42,655 nt of DNA from Candidatus Thorarchaeota archaeon (GTDB taxonomy: Archaea > Asgardarchaeota > Thorarchaeia > Thorarchaeales > Thorarchaeaceae), in NCBI GenBank assembly GCA_029855935.1, contig JAGSHN010000026.1, positions 1-42,655 of the forward strand. The letters run 5' to 3'. Positions 8,963 to 18,904 of the stretch are shown here, one piece after another; position 1 is the stretch's first letter, and each line of letters begins with the position of its first letter. The position numbers were made by a program, and so were the translations under genes. The notes below the pieces were generated by a model, which ran no database searches, was not told the origin of the DNA, and worked only from the letters and a program-made list of their open reading frames with translations.

Positions 8963-9493
8963 TCAGGGCTGATGATTCCTCATAAACTCAGTCTGCAGCT
9001 CCACCACCTGCGTGCTGTTCTTGCAACTAGCGTAGGCGTCTAGCCACTCTCTATTTAGCGTGAGAAAGGAGGACCCCCACTTGAATACCGACATAATGTC
9101 CTCCGCCTTGTCCTTTAGACCGACGATGTACAGTGCTGCGGCAATGGCCTCTGCAGTGGAGAGCTTGATGGGCTTGTAGGTATTGACCGGATTGGCTGCT
9201 ATCAGATATGGGAGAGCCCGCTGGGCACCAATCCGCACATCGTGAAACAATGACTCGGCCAGTCTCCATGAGCAGTCGAGAGCAACGATGCCAGCCTGTT
9301 CAACGATGGGACGGTCCGCAGGCGATACTGCCGTCTTTGAAACGGGATTGAGGACAAGGGCCCGCCTCGGAATCCTTCTCATATCCCTCAAGATCTGAGC
9401 ACGTTTCATTCTCACCAGTCGAAGGCCGGTGCATTTCTTTGGGTCGCACTGATTGGCGTGGAAGACAATGACTCTGAGGGACGAGCTGACCAT
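8963..9493 (-). CDS. tsr3: 16S rRNA aminocarboxypropyltransferase Tsr3 (DUF367)
   Basis: QCDPKKCTG, LDCSW, RALPYLIAANPVN, LSTAEA, FKWG..FL.LN; start uncertain. Confidence 0.93.
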   Translation of the reverse strand: MVSSSLRVIVFHANQCDPKKCTGLRLVRMKRAQILRDMRRIPRRALVLNPVSKTAVSPADRPIVEQAGIVALDCSWRLAESLFHDVRIGAQRALPYLIAANPVNTYKPIKLSTAEAIAAALYIVGLKDKAEDIMSVFKWGSSFLTLNREWLDAYASCKNSTQVVELQTEFMRNHQP

Positions 9494-9561
9494 GACGCAT
9501 TCATCCCCCGACACGTCACAAGAGATTTCAAGCTTCCCATCCGTGGGCCGTCTGACCATCT

Positions 9562-9870
9562 ATGTTTCAGTACCGTCCGGGCAACCAGTGCGAGTCCTGT
9601 GGCAGATCCACCTCCCAGCTGTACCGCTGTAGGGTCTGTGGGGCACTTACCTGTGCCCACTGCCACATAGTAGAGCAACAGCTCTGTCCTGTCTGCGCAG
9701 AGGCCCTATGCAGAATCTGTTCTGAATATCTCTCGATACGTGCCTGTGACATCTGTGGTCGTCCCGTCTGTGAGGACCATAGTGTGCGCAGAGGCGAGGC
9801 GACTGTCTGCGACGACTGTCGGACCCGGGAACGCACTGCCACTCGACGAGTCGGGGTGTATGAGGATTGA
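9562..9870 (+). CDS. Small Cys-rich multi-zinc-finger protein
   Basis: Eight CxxC/CxxH pairs; overlaps the tiaS start by 4 nt. Confidence 0.75.
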   Translation: MFQYRPGNQCESCGRSTSQLYRCRVCGALTCAHCHIVEQQLCPVCAEALCRICSEYLSIRACDICGRPVCEDHSVRRGEATVCDDCRTRERTATRRVGVYED

Positions 9871-11219
9871 GTCCGGTCACTGTCCATCTTGGTCTGGATG
9901 ACATCGACAGTCCCCGTGGTGGATGTACCACCCACTTTGCCAGTGTGCTCGTCGAGCGGCTGATGCGGCTCAACGTTGAGTGGCTGGACTATCCCAATCT
10001 GATCCGACTGAATCCGAACATCCCGTATCGGACTCGCGGGAACGGTGCAGTGGCACTGAGATTCGTTGTCGACCCGTCACATTTCCACGAGATCCTCCCC
10101 CTAGTGCAAGACTCTCTCGAAGACTATGTTGTCCACGGCTATGCCAACACCAATCCCGGTGTCGTGATGCTGCGCGGCAACACCCCGATGGATGTGACCC
10201 GTCTCTCAGAGCTTGCGCTCTGGCGTGTGCTCCCTCTCTCTGTAGTGAAGAGACTAGTCAACAGGCTCAACCTGCCACATCTGGCACTGGGCAACGGACG
10301 TGGCCTCATTGGTGCCATTGCAGCCGTGGGCAACAGACTGACTGCTGATCACACATATGAGTATCTCGCGTATCGCCCCCTTGAGATGGCGACCGAGGAG
10401 CGTGGTATTGACGAGGCCTCAGTCCTCAGGATGGATGCTGCTACAAGACCCCACACCTTTTCAAACGTCGACGAAACAAATGGCGCAGTACTCATCGCTC
10501 CTCACGGTCCCGACCCTGTCCTGTTCGGCATCCGGGGTGAGACCGCCCAAGATGTCATTGACGCAGCGTCTTACATAGTTGCTCAGCAACCAATTGAACG
10601 TTGGACGGTCTTCAGGACGAATCAGGGGACAGCCGAGCACCTGCGTCACTATGTTCGAATTCGCGATCTCCGTCCATACATGGCTGTCGTGGTCCGGGCC
10701 CGCGTTGCTGAGCGGCCTCGGATGACGGTCGGCGGTCATCTGTTTGCGAAGGTCTCAGACACTACGGGGTCAGTCGAGTGTGCATTCTACGAGCCCACAG
10801 GGGACCTTCGGAAAGTGGCGGCCGGGCTGGTGCCGGGCGATCTCATCGACCTGTATGCAGGAGTCCGACCAGCCTCTCGTACGCACGGAGTGACGCTCAA
10901 CGTCGAGGGTCTGCGTGTGTTGTCGTTGACCGAGAGAGTACGGCTCCTGAATCCTGTCTGTAGCAGGTGTGGTACAAGGATGAAGAGCGCGGGTGCGGGA
11001 AAAGGCTTCAAGTGTCCAAAGTGCGGTCTGCGGGAGCGTTCAGCGGTGAAGGTAGCCCAGCGTGTGTCCCCGCACATTCGACCTGGACTGTACCTGCCTC
11101 CGCCACGTTCGCAAAGACATCTGACACGTCCGCTGTCCCGTCGGGGCGTCCGCAACAAGATGAGCGTCTCTGCACGACCGACAGTCAGATGGCACAGCAT
11201 TCTTGCAGCCAAAGAGTAG
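9867..11219 (+). CDS. tiaS: tRNA(Ile2) 2-agmatinylcytidine synthetase
   Basis: GLDDIDSPRGGCTTH, RLNPNIPYRTRGNG, PHGPDPVLFGIRG, TNQGT, OB fold, Zn ribbon, PPPRSQRHLTRP. Confidence 0.95.
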   Translation: MSPVTVHLGLDDIDSPRGGCTTHFASVLVERLMRLNVEWLDYPNLIRLNPNIPYRTRGNGAVALRFVVDPSHFHEILPLVQDSLEDYVVHGYANTNPGVVMLRGNTPMDVTRLSELALWRVLPLSVVKRLVNRLNLPHLALGNGRGLIGAIAAVGNRLTADHTYEYLAYRPLEMATEERGIDEASVLRMDAATRPHTFSNVDETNGAVLIAPHGPDPVLFGIRGETAQDVIDAASYIVAQQPIERWTVFRTNQGTAEHLRHYVRIRDLRPYMAVVVRARVAERPRMTVGGHLFAKVSDTTGSVECAFYEPTGDLRKVAAGLVPGDLIDLYAGVRPASRTHGVTLNVEGLRVLSLTERVRLLNPVCSRCGTRMKSAGAGKGFKCPKCGLRERSAVKVAQRVSPHIRPGLYLPPPRSQRHLTRPLSRRGVRNKMSVSARPTVRWHSILAAKE

Positions 11220-11383
11220 ACTCCTCTTTCAGTATGAGGCTCCATCAGAGTGGACACATTGCGGTGTCTGTCCTGCGTGGGCACAGGTGTATACTGTCAG
11301 CGAACACACTAGCCAGCGACTGAATGTGGATGCGTTGAACTGACCGACCAGTGGCCGATTGTGATATGGTCTCCGGCTGTTGG

Positions 11384-11782
11384 TCACACTCTTCGGCCAC
11401 GCCTTCCGCCAGGCTTTCGAGTGCCGTCGTGAGGAATGGGTGTGACCTCCTCAATCATTCCGGGTCTGAGACCAGCTCGGGCGAGGGCTCGTATCGCAGC
11501 CTGCGCACCAGGGCCGGGGGTCTTGGGGCCGTGACCACCAGGAGCGCGGACACGGATGTGAACTCCTTGGATTCCCTTGTCCTTTGCCTCTCTGGCAGCC
11601 TGAAATGCCGCCTGCATCGCAGCGTGCGGAGAGGACTCATTCCTGTCTGCCTTGACCATCATTCCACCCGAGTATCGCGCGATTGTCTCAGCACCTGTAA
11701 TGTCAGTGATGTGGACGATGGTATCGTTGTAGGATGCATAGATGTGAGCGATACCCCACTTCATCTCATCCCTCTTGCTCAT
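11384..11782 (-). CDS. rps11: 30S ribosomal protein uS11
   Basis: [50 protein letters not shown]. Confidence 0.98.
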   Translation of the reverse strand: MSKRDEMKWGIAHIYASYNDTIVHITDITGAETIARYSGGMMVKADRNESSPHAAMQAAFQAAREAKDKGIQGVHIRVRAPGGHGPKTPGPGAQAAIRALARAGLRPGMIEEVTPIPHDGTRKPGGRRGRRV

Positions 11783-12459
11783 ATTCTCTCATCTCCTGTG
11801 ACCTCAGCCTCGTCCTCGTCTATCTCGGGAGGCACTATGTCATCGTCCACAGCCTCGATGACTGGCATCTTGGGTTCCTCCGTAGCAGCATCCTCCTCAA
11901 CGGGTGCGGCGGCAACCTCTGCAGCGCTCCTCTGTGCCACCTCAGCTGCTGCAAGACGCGCGGGATGCGATGGATCATTTAGCGGAGACTGTGGAGCGTA
12001 TCCTATACGATCCTCTTCCTCGACCTGGATTATCCTACTTGGTGTTGTTACGCGGACCCCATCAAGAGCAATATGACCGTGTGTGACAAGCTGTCGTGCG
12101 TGATAGACAGAGCAGGCAAGGCCCTTACGAAAGACTATCGTCTGCAGACGTCTCTCCAGCAGATCCTCAAGGCTCAGGTCGAGAATGCTATCAAGTGTCG
12201 GGCTTCCACGTACGATGCCCTCTCGAAGAAGCTTGTCGATGAGTTCCTTCTCTCGCTGCTCACGCTCGTCAGGAGGCAATGCCAGAAGCTGCCGTGCCTG
12301 ACGTCGGTAGCTCGACAGCTGCGTTCTGTGTTTCCAGAGTTCACGCTTGTTTCGAAGTCCGTAGGTACCGACCAATTGGAGTTCTTGGTGAAATCTATCA
12401 CTGTCGAAGGGCTTCTTTGGGGTGACGTACTTCTTCTTCTGGCGTCTTGGATCTCCCAT
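11779..12459 (-). CDS. rps4: 30S ribosomal protein uS4 with acidic C-terminal extension
   Basis: [31 protein letters not shown]. Confidence 0.97.
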   Translation of the reverse strand: MGDPRRQKKKYVTPKKPFDSDRFHQELQLVGTYGLRNKRELWKHRTQLSSYRRQARQLLALPPDEREQREKELIDKLLREGIVRGSPTLDSILDLSLEDLLERRLQTIVFRKGLACSVYHARQLVTHGHIALDGVRVTTPSRIIQVEEEDRIGYAPQSPLNDPSHPARLAAAEVAQRSAAEVAAAPVEEDAATEEPKMPVIEAVDDDIVPPEIDEDEAEVTGDERI

Positions 12460-12485
12460 CTACCTGCTCCCTCACATGTCAATGA

Positions 12486-12938
12486 CTACGTCTTCTTCCG
12501 CGACACACCCACCGTGGCACCACGACGACCGGTCGTTCTCGTATGCTGTCCCCTCACCTTCAGGCCCAGTGCATGTCTTATTCCACGCCACGCACGCAGC
12601 CGCTTCAGCCTCTCTATGTCACTCTTGTGGATGAACTCGAGGTCGTTGCCGGTCAGGTGGACCATTTTGCCTGTGAGCCTGTCACGAGGCCGATTGACGT
12701 ACCAGTGTGGAAATCCTGCAGCCGTGGGGTCGCTGAGCAGTGACTCAATTCTCTCAATCGTATTGTCGTCGAGATAGCCCATTCTTGCCATGGGGTCAAG
12801 GCCCAGTTGTCGGATCACGGCCTTCGACATCCTGAGGCCGACTCCCTTTATCCGGGTCAGACCTTGAAGCAGGTTCTCCTGGCCATCAATGTCTCTGCCT
12901 GCAACTCGGACTATGTGTCTGTATTCCTGCGTGGACAT
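12486..12938 (-). CDS. rps13: 30S ribosomal protein uS13
   Basis: RHIVRVAG.DIDG, IKGVG, WRGIRHALGLKVRGQHTRTTGR; ATG 12938 after SD GAGGT. Confidence 0.97.
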   Translation of the reverse strand: MSTQEYRHIVRVAGRDIDGQENLLQGLTRIKGVGLRMSKAVIRQLGLDPMARMGYLDDNTIERIESLLSDPTAAGFPHWYVNRPRDRLTGKMVHLTGNDLEFIHKSDIERLKRLRAWRGIRHALGLKVRGQHTRTTGRRGATVGVSRKKT

Positions 12939-13089
12939 GGTCCTATACCTCAATCCGCCTGAAGTGAGGCCGGGGTCGACTTCTGCAGACGCCTTATAAC
13001 CATTGCCATCAGGCCAGAACGTTCATGCGCGGTCTCCTGAGCATCAGTCTGTGGTCTCCACCGAAAGACACATAGACCTATGTCCGACG

Positions 13090-13374
13090 GTGTGCATTGC
13101 GGCAGTCACTGACGACGTAATTGTTCGCAGGAGAGACACAGCGTACGAGGATGTTCTGCTTGGCATCTCACTGCTCGTTGTACTGTTAATAGTCGCGTTT
13201 CTCCTCCGTCGGAGCAGGAGCGGAAACCGCCGAACGCGCTACTGGAGAGGCGAGTTGCCCGGAAGCCAAGGATTTGACTATTCCTACTCACCTGGGATAA
13301 GAGGCGCAAAGGGAGGTCTGCCTGTGGGGATGCCCCGGGCGTCGGACCGTAGAGACTCCGATGAGCGTCGGTAG
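13090..13374 (+). CDS. Putative small single-pass membrane protein
   Basis: VLLGISLLVVLLIVAFLL followed by RRSR (positive-inside); start unclear. Confidence 0.35.
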   Translation: MCIAAVTDDVIVRRRDTAYEDVLLGISLLVVLLIVAFLLRRSRSGNRRTRYWRGELPGSQGFDYSYSPGIRGAKGGLPVGMPRASDRRDSDERR

Positions 13375-13453
13375 GCTCTCGTGTCTTCATGAGGGCCTTG
13401 GCTTGGCACGAGCGAAAAGCTTGAAAAGCACTCAAGTAACAGCTGTCACACAC

Positions 13454-13573
13454 GCCCGGATAGCCAAGTGGTTACGGCGGCAGCCTGGAGCTGTCAGGAC
13501 TCCTGATTGCCTGATCACCAGGCAGCTGCTCTCCCTCTGGGAGGCATGAGTTCGAATCTCATTCCGGGCGCCA
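13454..13573 (+). tRNA. tRNA-Ser(GGA) with 33-nt intron (13491-13523) at canonical 37/38
   Basis: Acceptor GCCCGGA/TCCGGGC, G73 plus encoded CCA, anticodon stem GCAGC/GCTGC, long variable arm, TTCGAAT loop; BHB with CTGG/CCAG central helix and two 3-nt bulges. Confidence 0.95.
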
Positions 13574-13635
13574 CTACTTCTATTCGCGTTGCACAGCTTG
13601 GTTTCACTGTGCTGGCAATAGGTCTATGCGGCTGC

Positions 13636-14691
13636 TCACAGCCCTAGCTCGCTTCCAAGACTCTCCCTGCCGATGTGTGGGATCTCACCCACAAAGTTGG
13701 TGGTCATCATCTCTCGCACTTGGTCGAGGTCATGCGTGTGGCCGAGTACCCATGCCAGCTTCACAAGTGCTGCCTCCGAGGTCATATCATAGGCGCTCAT
13801 AGCCCCCGCGTCCAGAGCAGCCCTACCGACCGCGTACAGTGAGAGATCTGTCCTGCCGAAGACGCACTGAGAGCTTATTACCACGGCGCACCCCTGAGCA
13901 ATGGCCTGCTGAATGGCCCCGGTCAGCGAGTTCTCCATCGTGGGTATGTTTCCGGTGCCAAACCCCTCCATAACAATACCGTGGTATCCCATGTTGATGA
14001 TTCGTGAGAGTATGGCTGGTGGTAGCCCGGGGAAGATCTTCAGGAGGAACACTCTGTCGTCTATTCTTGTGTCGAACTTGGGCACGAGATTGTGTCGTGT
14101 CCTATGCCAATCAAAGAGTACGATGTCCCTCCCAAGGACTCCGAGTGGCGACGGATCGACAGAGTCGTATGCATCGTACGCATCTGAACGCATCTTCTTT
14201 GTGCGTGTGGGCCGATGTATCTCGCCATTGAATACGATGCAGGTCTCCGCGAGGTCGGCAAAGGCTGCCACCCTGATGGCATCCAACAGGTTTCTGGGGC
14301 CATCGCTCCACGGAACATGTAGGGGTATCTGCGCCCCGGTGAAGACAACCGGCTTTCCGAAGTCTCGCACCATGAAACTCACTGCAGACGCTGAGTAGAC
14401 CATCGTGTCGGTGCCGTGAGTGACCACTATCCCGTCAAGATCCGGCATCTCGTTGTGGACCTGCTGGATCGCACTGGCTATCTCCTGCCAGTGATGCGGC
14501 TGCGCATTCGCGGAGTCCACCTCGAATATCTCTCGCGTGACGACACGCACGCTCTTCAGTCCTGGCGGTAGGGACTGCAGAAGTTTCTCTACAGACAGGC
14601 CCGGTCTCAGCGAGTCCACGGTCGGATCGTAGATACTACCTATTGTCCCGCCAGTGGTCATCAGACACACTGTGACCTCTGCATCTCTCAA
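13636..14691 (-). CDS. L-asparaginase (type I, AnsA-like)
   Basis: TTGGTI and HGTDTM motifs, VFTGAQ, GFGTGN, SQC; lacks the GatD N-terminal domain. Confidence 0.92.
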   Translation of the reverse strand: MRDAEVTVCLMTTGGTIGSIYDPTVDSLRPGLSVEKLLQSLPPGLKSVRVVTREIFEVDSANAQPHHWQEIASAIQQVHNEMPDLDGIVVTHGTDTMVYSASAVSFMVRDFGKPVVFTGAQIPLHVPWSDGPRNLLDAIRVAAFADLAETCIVFNGEIHRPTRTKKMRSDAYDAYDSVDPSPLGVLGRDIVLFDWHRTRHNLVPKFDTRIDDRVFLLKIFPGLPPAILSRIINMGYHGIVMEGFGTGNIPTMENSLTGAIQQAIAQGCAVVISSQCVFGRTDLSLYAVGRAALDAGAMSAYDMTSEAALVKLAWVLGHTHDLDQVREMMTTNFVGEIPHIGRESLGSELGL

Positions 14692-14737
14692 CTCTCAGCA
14701 CCAGCACGGACGTCGAGGACCTGTCTTATTGCTGTTG

Positions 14738-15730
14738 TCATGATCCATGTTGGCGCAGGGTCTTGTCCCCACTACCCCCGTTGCCTCTGGCCGTCGCGGG
14801 TTCTGTGACTTTGATACCGCTCCGTCTGACAGTGACCCGCATCAGGTCTCTCGCGAGGATGACGTTATCGAACTCTGTCCTGGCCTCCTCAAGGATTGGC
14901 ATCCCCATCTCAAGTTCGTATCTCGGACTGTAGTGCGTGAGAATGAGGGTCTTCACATTAGCCTCTCTGGCTAGACGTGCTGCCTCACGGGCGGTCATAT
15001 GGCCACGCTCCTCGGCCAGGTCAAGACGATCTGACGTGTACATCGCCTCCGAGATGAGAACATCTGCATTCTTCGCGGCGCGTCTGAGAGTGTCGCACGG
15101 TCTGGTGTCCCCACTGTAGACAATCTTGAGGGGTGGCGGTGGCGGGTCGCACACGTCCAGAGGCCTTATGGTCTTCCCGTTGACGATGATGCTCTCTCCA
15201 GACGCCAATCGACCCCACAGAGGCCCCCGTGGAACACCAAGCGCCTCTGCACGTTCTGGGTGGAACCTCCCTGTCAAGCGACGGAATGTCACGCTGTAGC
15301 CCAAGGCGGGTCCTCTATGTTCCACTCTGAACGCCTCGACGCTCAGGCCGCGTCTCTCAAGGAGTTTCCCCTCCTTGACGCCGTAGACCGTGGTCTCAAA
15401 CGTGGTGCCGAGGCCAATGGAGCTCCTGATGAGCCTCACATAGTCAACCAGCTCCCTTGGTCCGAATATCTGCAGAGGTCTTCTTCGGCCGAGGAGAGAC
15501 ATTCTGAGAATGAGCCCCGGGAGACCGATGACGTGGTCTGCATGGATATGCGTGATGAATATCGCCATTGGCGCGTTCAGGCCCAAGCGCGCTCTGATGA
15601 ACTGACGTTGTACATCCTCGCCAGTGTCGAATATGAGTACAGTTCCCTCGTGCCTTATTGCGATGGCAGGGTGATTCCGGTTGTCAGTGGGAATCGAGCC
15701 GCCTGTGCCTAGGAACACTATCTCAAACAT
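14738..15730 (-). CDS. rnz: Ribonuclease Z
   Basis: FLGTGG, THIHADH, exosite GVPRGPLW, YSGDTRP, HMT, THYSPRY. Confidence 0.96.
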   Translation of the reverse strand: MFEIVFLGTGGSIPTDNRNHPAIAIRHEGTVLIFDTGEDVQRQFIRARLGLNAPMAIFITHIHADHVIGLPGLILRMSLLGRRRPLQIFGPRELVDYVRLIRSSIGLGTTFETTVYGVKEGKLLERRGLSVEAFRVEHRGPALGYSVTFRRLTGRFHPERAEALGVPRGPLWGRLASGESIIVNGKTIRPLDVCDPPPPPLKIVYSGDTRPCDTLRRAAKNADVLISEAMYTSDRLDLAEERGHMTAREAARLAREANVKTLILTHYSPRYELEMGMPILEEARTEFDNVILARDLMRVTVRRSGIKVTEPATARGNGGSGDKTLRQHGS

Positions 15731-15774
15731 TCTCTTCGAGCCGGGGTCACGGCTCCTCATAACAGTTGTGACGG

Positions 15775-17199
15775 TCAAGTCGCGAGATCCACCGGGAGCC
15801 CCCTCCTTGTGGCCCGCCGCCTTGCCGTGAAGAATTTCTCAAGGTCCAGGAAGTCGTTCGAATCCCACCGCCACGTTCTATCCACGTGGTCATACACCGT
15901 GTGGACCAAGATACGGTCATCCATTCCCGCATTGACTGCGGTCGGGTGGAACCGGCCTCCCTCATCCTCCTCGTGCCGTGCAAATACGTACGCAATGTCT
16001 TCTGCCGTGCCAGTGGGCAACGCCGCCAGCATCAAGACCCGTGTTTCCTTCCCACTCTCTACGTCCCTGACACGCGAGATGTATGTGATTGGCAGGCTGA
16101 GCCACGCCCTGAGAAATGTCCCTGCCTGCTCAGGAGGGACGAAGAGAAGCAGCCTGTCAGTCAACCAGTCCAGTTGCGGTCTTGCTCTGGGGAGCAACAC
16201 CGAGAGCTCGCCGGTGAGCCGCGCCCGTCTCTTGAAGATGGTTGACTCTGACAGACCCGTCTGCTTCGCAAGCTCCGACGCAGCGGCCGTGAACTCTTGT
16301 CGGAGTATGTCTATCAGCCTTGTATCTGCATCAGAGAAACTTGTCCTCACAGTACCCACTGGCTCGTCCGTCCCCATTACAACTGGTTCGCCGGTGTGCC
16401 GTAGCAGGAGATGGAGAATGACGGGATCGACCGTCCATCGACGGCGACCACAGTGCTGATTGTAATAGAGGCTGGAGAATCGCAGCCGTCCCGTTGAGAG
16501 CCGCCACACCCGCACGCTCTCTGAGGTTGTTCGTAGGGAACGTACAAGCACGACTATGTCTGAGACCCGTTCTCTGGGGGCCGTCAGGGTCTGGAAGACG
16601 ATGCGCGTGGGGCCATCACAATAGAGCGTCTTCTCGACATAGGGCGACGATATCACGAAGGTCGGCTCGACCAATACCACGAGTATCCTTGCCAGACCCA
16701 TCTCCCCCACATTCAATATTGCCTGTGTCCTCAATAGCCCGGTCTGCAGAAGTCTTCGATAGGCTCTTCTCGTCCTGCTGTACGTCAGTCCAATCTCGGC
16801 AGCCAACTTTTGCAGAGCGGATGAACGATGGTCATTGACCATTGCACCGAGGACTCTCAACTCACTGTCACTGAGATGGGCGAGACCCCTGTGCCACTCC
16901 TGTTCTATTATCATGAGGATTTCTTGTTGTGTCAGAACACCCCCGTCCCCAGCACGACCAGCGCGCCTGACACGGTTCACCACAACTTGATACAGACTCC
17001 CTCTATGCGTTGCCACCATGTCACGTAGCCGACGTGCGTTCTCAATCTCAAACACGTCGACGTCTCTCCCAATCTCAATTGACCTCAGCAGACTCAGAAG
17101 GCGTTCTGCGGAGGGCGAGAGCCTGCAGCCCTCATACTCGTCCTCTGTTTCGTTTCCGCTTCCCCTCAAGAGGCTTGCCCCACGAGTTCTCATCATCAT
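15775..17199 (-). CDS. Protein with two Lrp/AsnC-type winged-helix domains
   Basis: LSDSELRVL...KLAAEIGLTYSRTRRAYRRL...LNVGEMGL and FSDADTRLIDIL...ELAKQTGLSESTIFKRRARL; start approximate. Confidence 0.65.
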   Translation of the reverse strand: MMMRTRGASLLRGSGNETEDEYEGCRLSPSAERLLSLLRSIEIGRDVDVFEIENARRLRDMVATHRGSLYQVVVNRVRRAGRAGDGGVLTQQEILMIIEQEWHRGLAHLSDSELRVLGAMVNDHRSSALQKLAAEIGLTYSRTRRAYRRLLQTGLLRTQAILNVGEMGLARILVVLVEPTFVISSPYVEKTLYCDGPTRIVFQTLTAPRERVSDIVVLVRSLRTTSESVRVWRLSTGRLRFSSLYYNQHCGRRRWTVDPVILHLLLRHTGEPVVMGTDEPVGTVRTSFSDADTRLIDILRQEFTAAASELAKQTGLSESTIFKRRARLTGELSVLLPRARPQLDWLTDRLLLFVPPEQAGTFLRAWLSLPITYISRVRDVESGKETRVLMLAALPTGTAEDIAYVFARHEEDEGGRFHPTAVNAGMDDRILVHTVYDHVDRTWRWDSNDFLDLEKFFTARRRATRRGLPVDLAT

Positions 17200-17239
17200 T
17201 GAGTGAGATCTGCTATGATATAAGGCCCAACAGCACGAC

Positions 17240-17998
17240 TCACCTGTCAAGAGGTCTTGAGTCGGTCCACAGCGAGTCGAAATAGGCCGCTGCCATTGAC
17301 GCGAACACAACGTGATTAGAGTATACTCCTAAGAACTGCTGTTCAGCGCCTCCCGTCAGCATGATGAGTGTCTCACGAGTATCACATACGAGTCCCGCAC
17401 CGAACACTCGGTCCCTAAGACGCACTTCGTATCGATGCGGAATGAGTGGGATGAGCCCCTCGGCCACGTGCGATGTCAGAATGTAGACACGCTGTGCCCG
17501 CACATCGAGCACCCGGTCGACAACAGCATCTATCTCCTCCACATCTGGTGTGAGACTGGGTAGCGAGAGCTTGATCTCTTCCTTTGCAGCCTCGATCATT
17601 GCTATGGCCTTCGCCAGAATGGCCGCCCGCCCGTGAATGACGAACACGTCGCGTGTAGTGACCTTCGTTTCCTTCTCGTAGAGCGGCTGAAGCTCCTCAA
17701 CGACTATCCGCGCAGACCTCTCAATCCGCTCCTCAATGGCGAGCCTAACAAGCTTCACCACCTCGACCGGGGCCTTGGCCACGTACAATGTCGGCCTTCC
17801 TCGTTGAACCTGGATGAAGCCCTTCTCCTCCAGTCGGCCAAGAACATCGTAGACCCTCGAATATGGGACTCCGGACTTCTGACTGATGTCCGATGCCGCC
17901 ATCTGGCCCCCCTGTATCATCACAAGATAGGCTGCGGTCTCGTACTCGGTGAGGCCCATATCTCTCAACGCACGTGTTGCTGCCTCACTGATGGTCAT
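17240..17998 (-). CDS. TrmB-family transcriptional regulator
   Basis: GLTEYETAAY, SGVPYSRVYDVLGRLEEKG, GRPTLY, C-terminal PLD-like effector domain. Confidence 0.92.
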   Translation of the reverse strand: MTISEAATRALRDMGLTEYETAAYLVMIQGGQMAASDISQKSGVPYSRVYDVLGRLEEKGFIQVQRGRPTLYVAKAPVEVVKLVRLAIEERIERSARIVVEELQPLYEKETKVTTRDVFVIHGRAAILAKAIAMIEAAKEEIKLSLPSLTPDVEEIDAVVDRVLDVRAQRVYILTSHVAEGLIPLIPHRYEVRLRDRVFGAGLVCDTRETLIMLTGGAEQQFLGVYSNHVVFASMAAAYFDSLWTDSRPLDR

Positions 17999-18172
17999 TC
18001 TCTTCACCCTCTAGACTGTTCTCTGTCCCTGTACTTATAGGCTTGTAAGAGGCGTTGCGCAGAGCGCAGTGACGCCCACGGCAGCACTACGTATATCAGG
18101 GGAATGGCTAACACAAGGCCCTGACTCGTGCAGAGTCTCAGCCTACTACAGGTATTCTGAGGTCCGGTCGAG

Positions 18173-18904
18173 ATGTCCTTCCCACAGGTGAGCGTTCCTG
18201 CGGCGGAGATGCCCTCCACCGTGTTACACTTCATGAGGATTGACGTACCGGACGCTCTTCCCCCGCCCAATCCCGATCTGATCCAGCGCTTCAATCCGCG
18301 AGCTGTAGTGATTGTGATAATTGACAACTTTGGCCTGTTTGAGGCGGTCGTCTACAGACCCGAGTTTCTAATCAAGAATATGGAGGTGCTTGCGCTCCTC
18401 CAGACTTCCAGCCCTCAGGCAGTCCCGCTCATCACATCTCTGCTGCGAGGTCCTCGTGCCTTTCATCTGACCGAGTACGTCCGAGGCTACGGAAAGTTCG
18501 TGCGGGTAGTGTGCCGTGCTGATGACGCCGAGCTCTTCGGGTTCGACCCTGCCTATACGGTCACAACACGCGATGACATGGCCACATACGTTGAGTCCAC
18601 AAGGTATGTCTTTCGGAGCGAGCTGTTGCTTGTCCACTTTCTCGATTTTGAGAGTCTCTATGCGCAGTACGGCCACAGGACTCCTCCTGAGACCCTCCTC
18701 GGGAAGATAGTGCGCAGGACTGACAACTGGATAAAGGTCCTCTATCGACAGGCACGTACCGGCACTCTCTTCATCATAGTTGGGAACCACGGTCGTCATC
18801 CAGTCCCTCTGAACTACGAGGGAAAGCTTGCGGAGTGGCGGAAGGCAAATGCCCCCATCGCCATAATGTTTCAAAAACGTGAGGACGGCTCACGCCAGCA
18901 ATGA
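18173..18904 (+). CDS. Hypothetical protein, alkaline-phosphatase-like core with degenerate motifs
   Basis: VIVIIDNFG near the N-terminus and FIIVGNHG near the C-terminus mirror the DG...SDHG motifs. Confidence 0.55.
   Translation: MSFPQVSVPAAEMPSTVLHFMRIDVPDALPPPNPDLIQRFNPRAVVIVIIDNFGLFEAVVYRPEFLIKNMEVLALLQTSSPQAVPLITSLLRGPRAFHLTEYVRGYGKFVRVVCRADDAELFGFDPAYTVTTRDDMATYVESTRYVFRSELLLVHFLDFESLYAQYGHRTPPETLLGKIVRRTDNWIKVLYRQARTGTLFIIVGNHGRHPVPLNYEGKLAEWRKANAPIAIMFQKREDGSRQQ

Noticed and set aside
11351-12777. Long + strand ORFs of 241 and 234 aa
   Set aside because: Antisense shadows of rps11, rps4 and rps13
13636-14691. GatD call
   Set aside because: Lacks the GatD N-terminal domain and there is no gatE nearby
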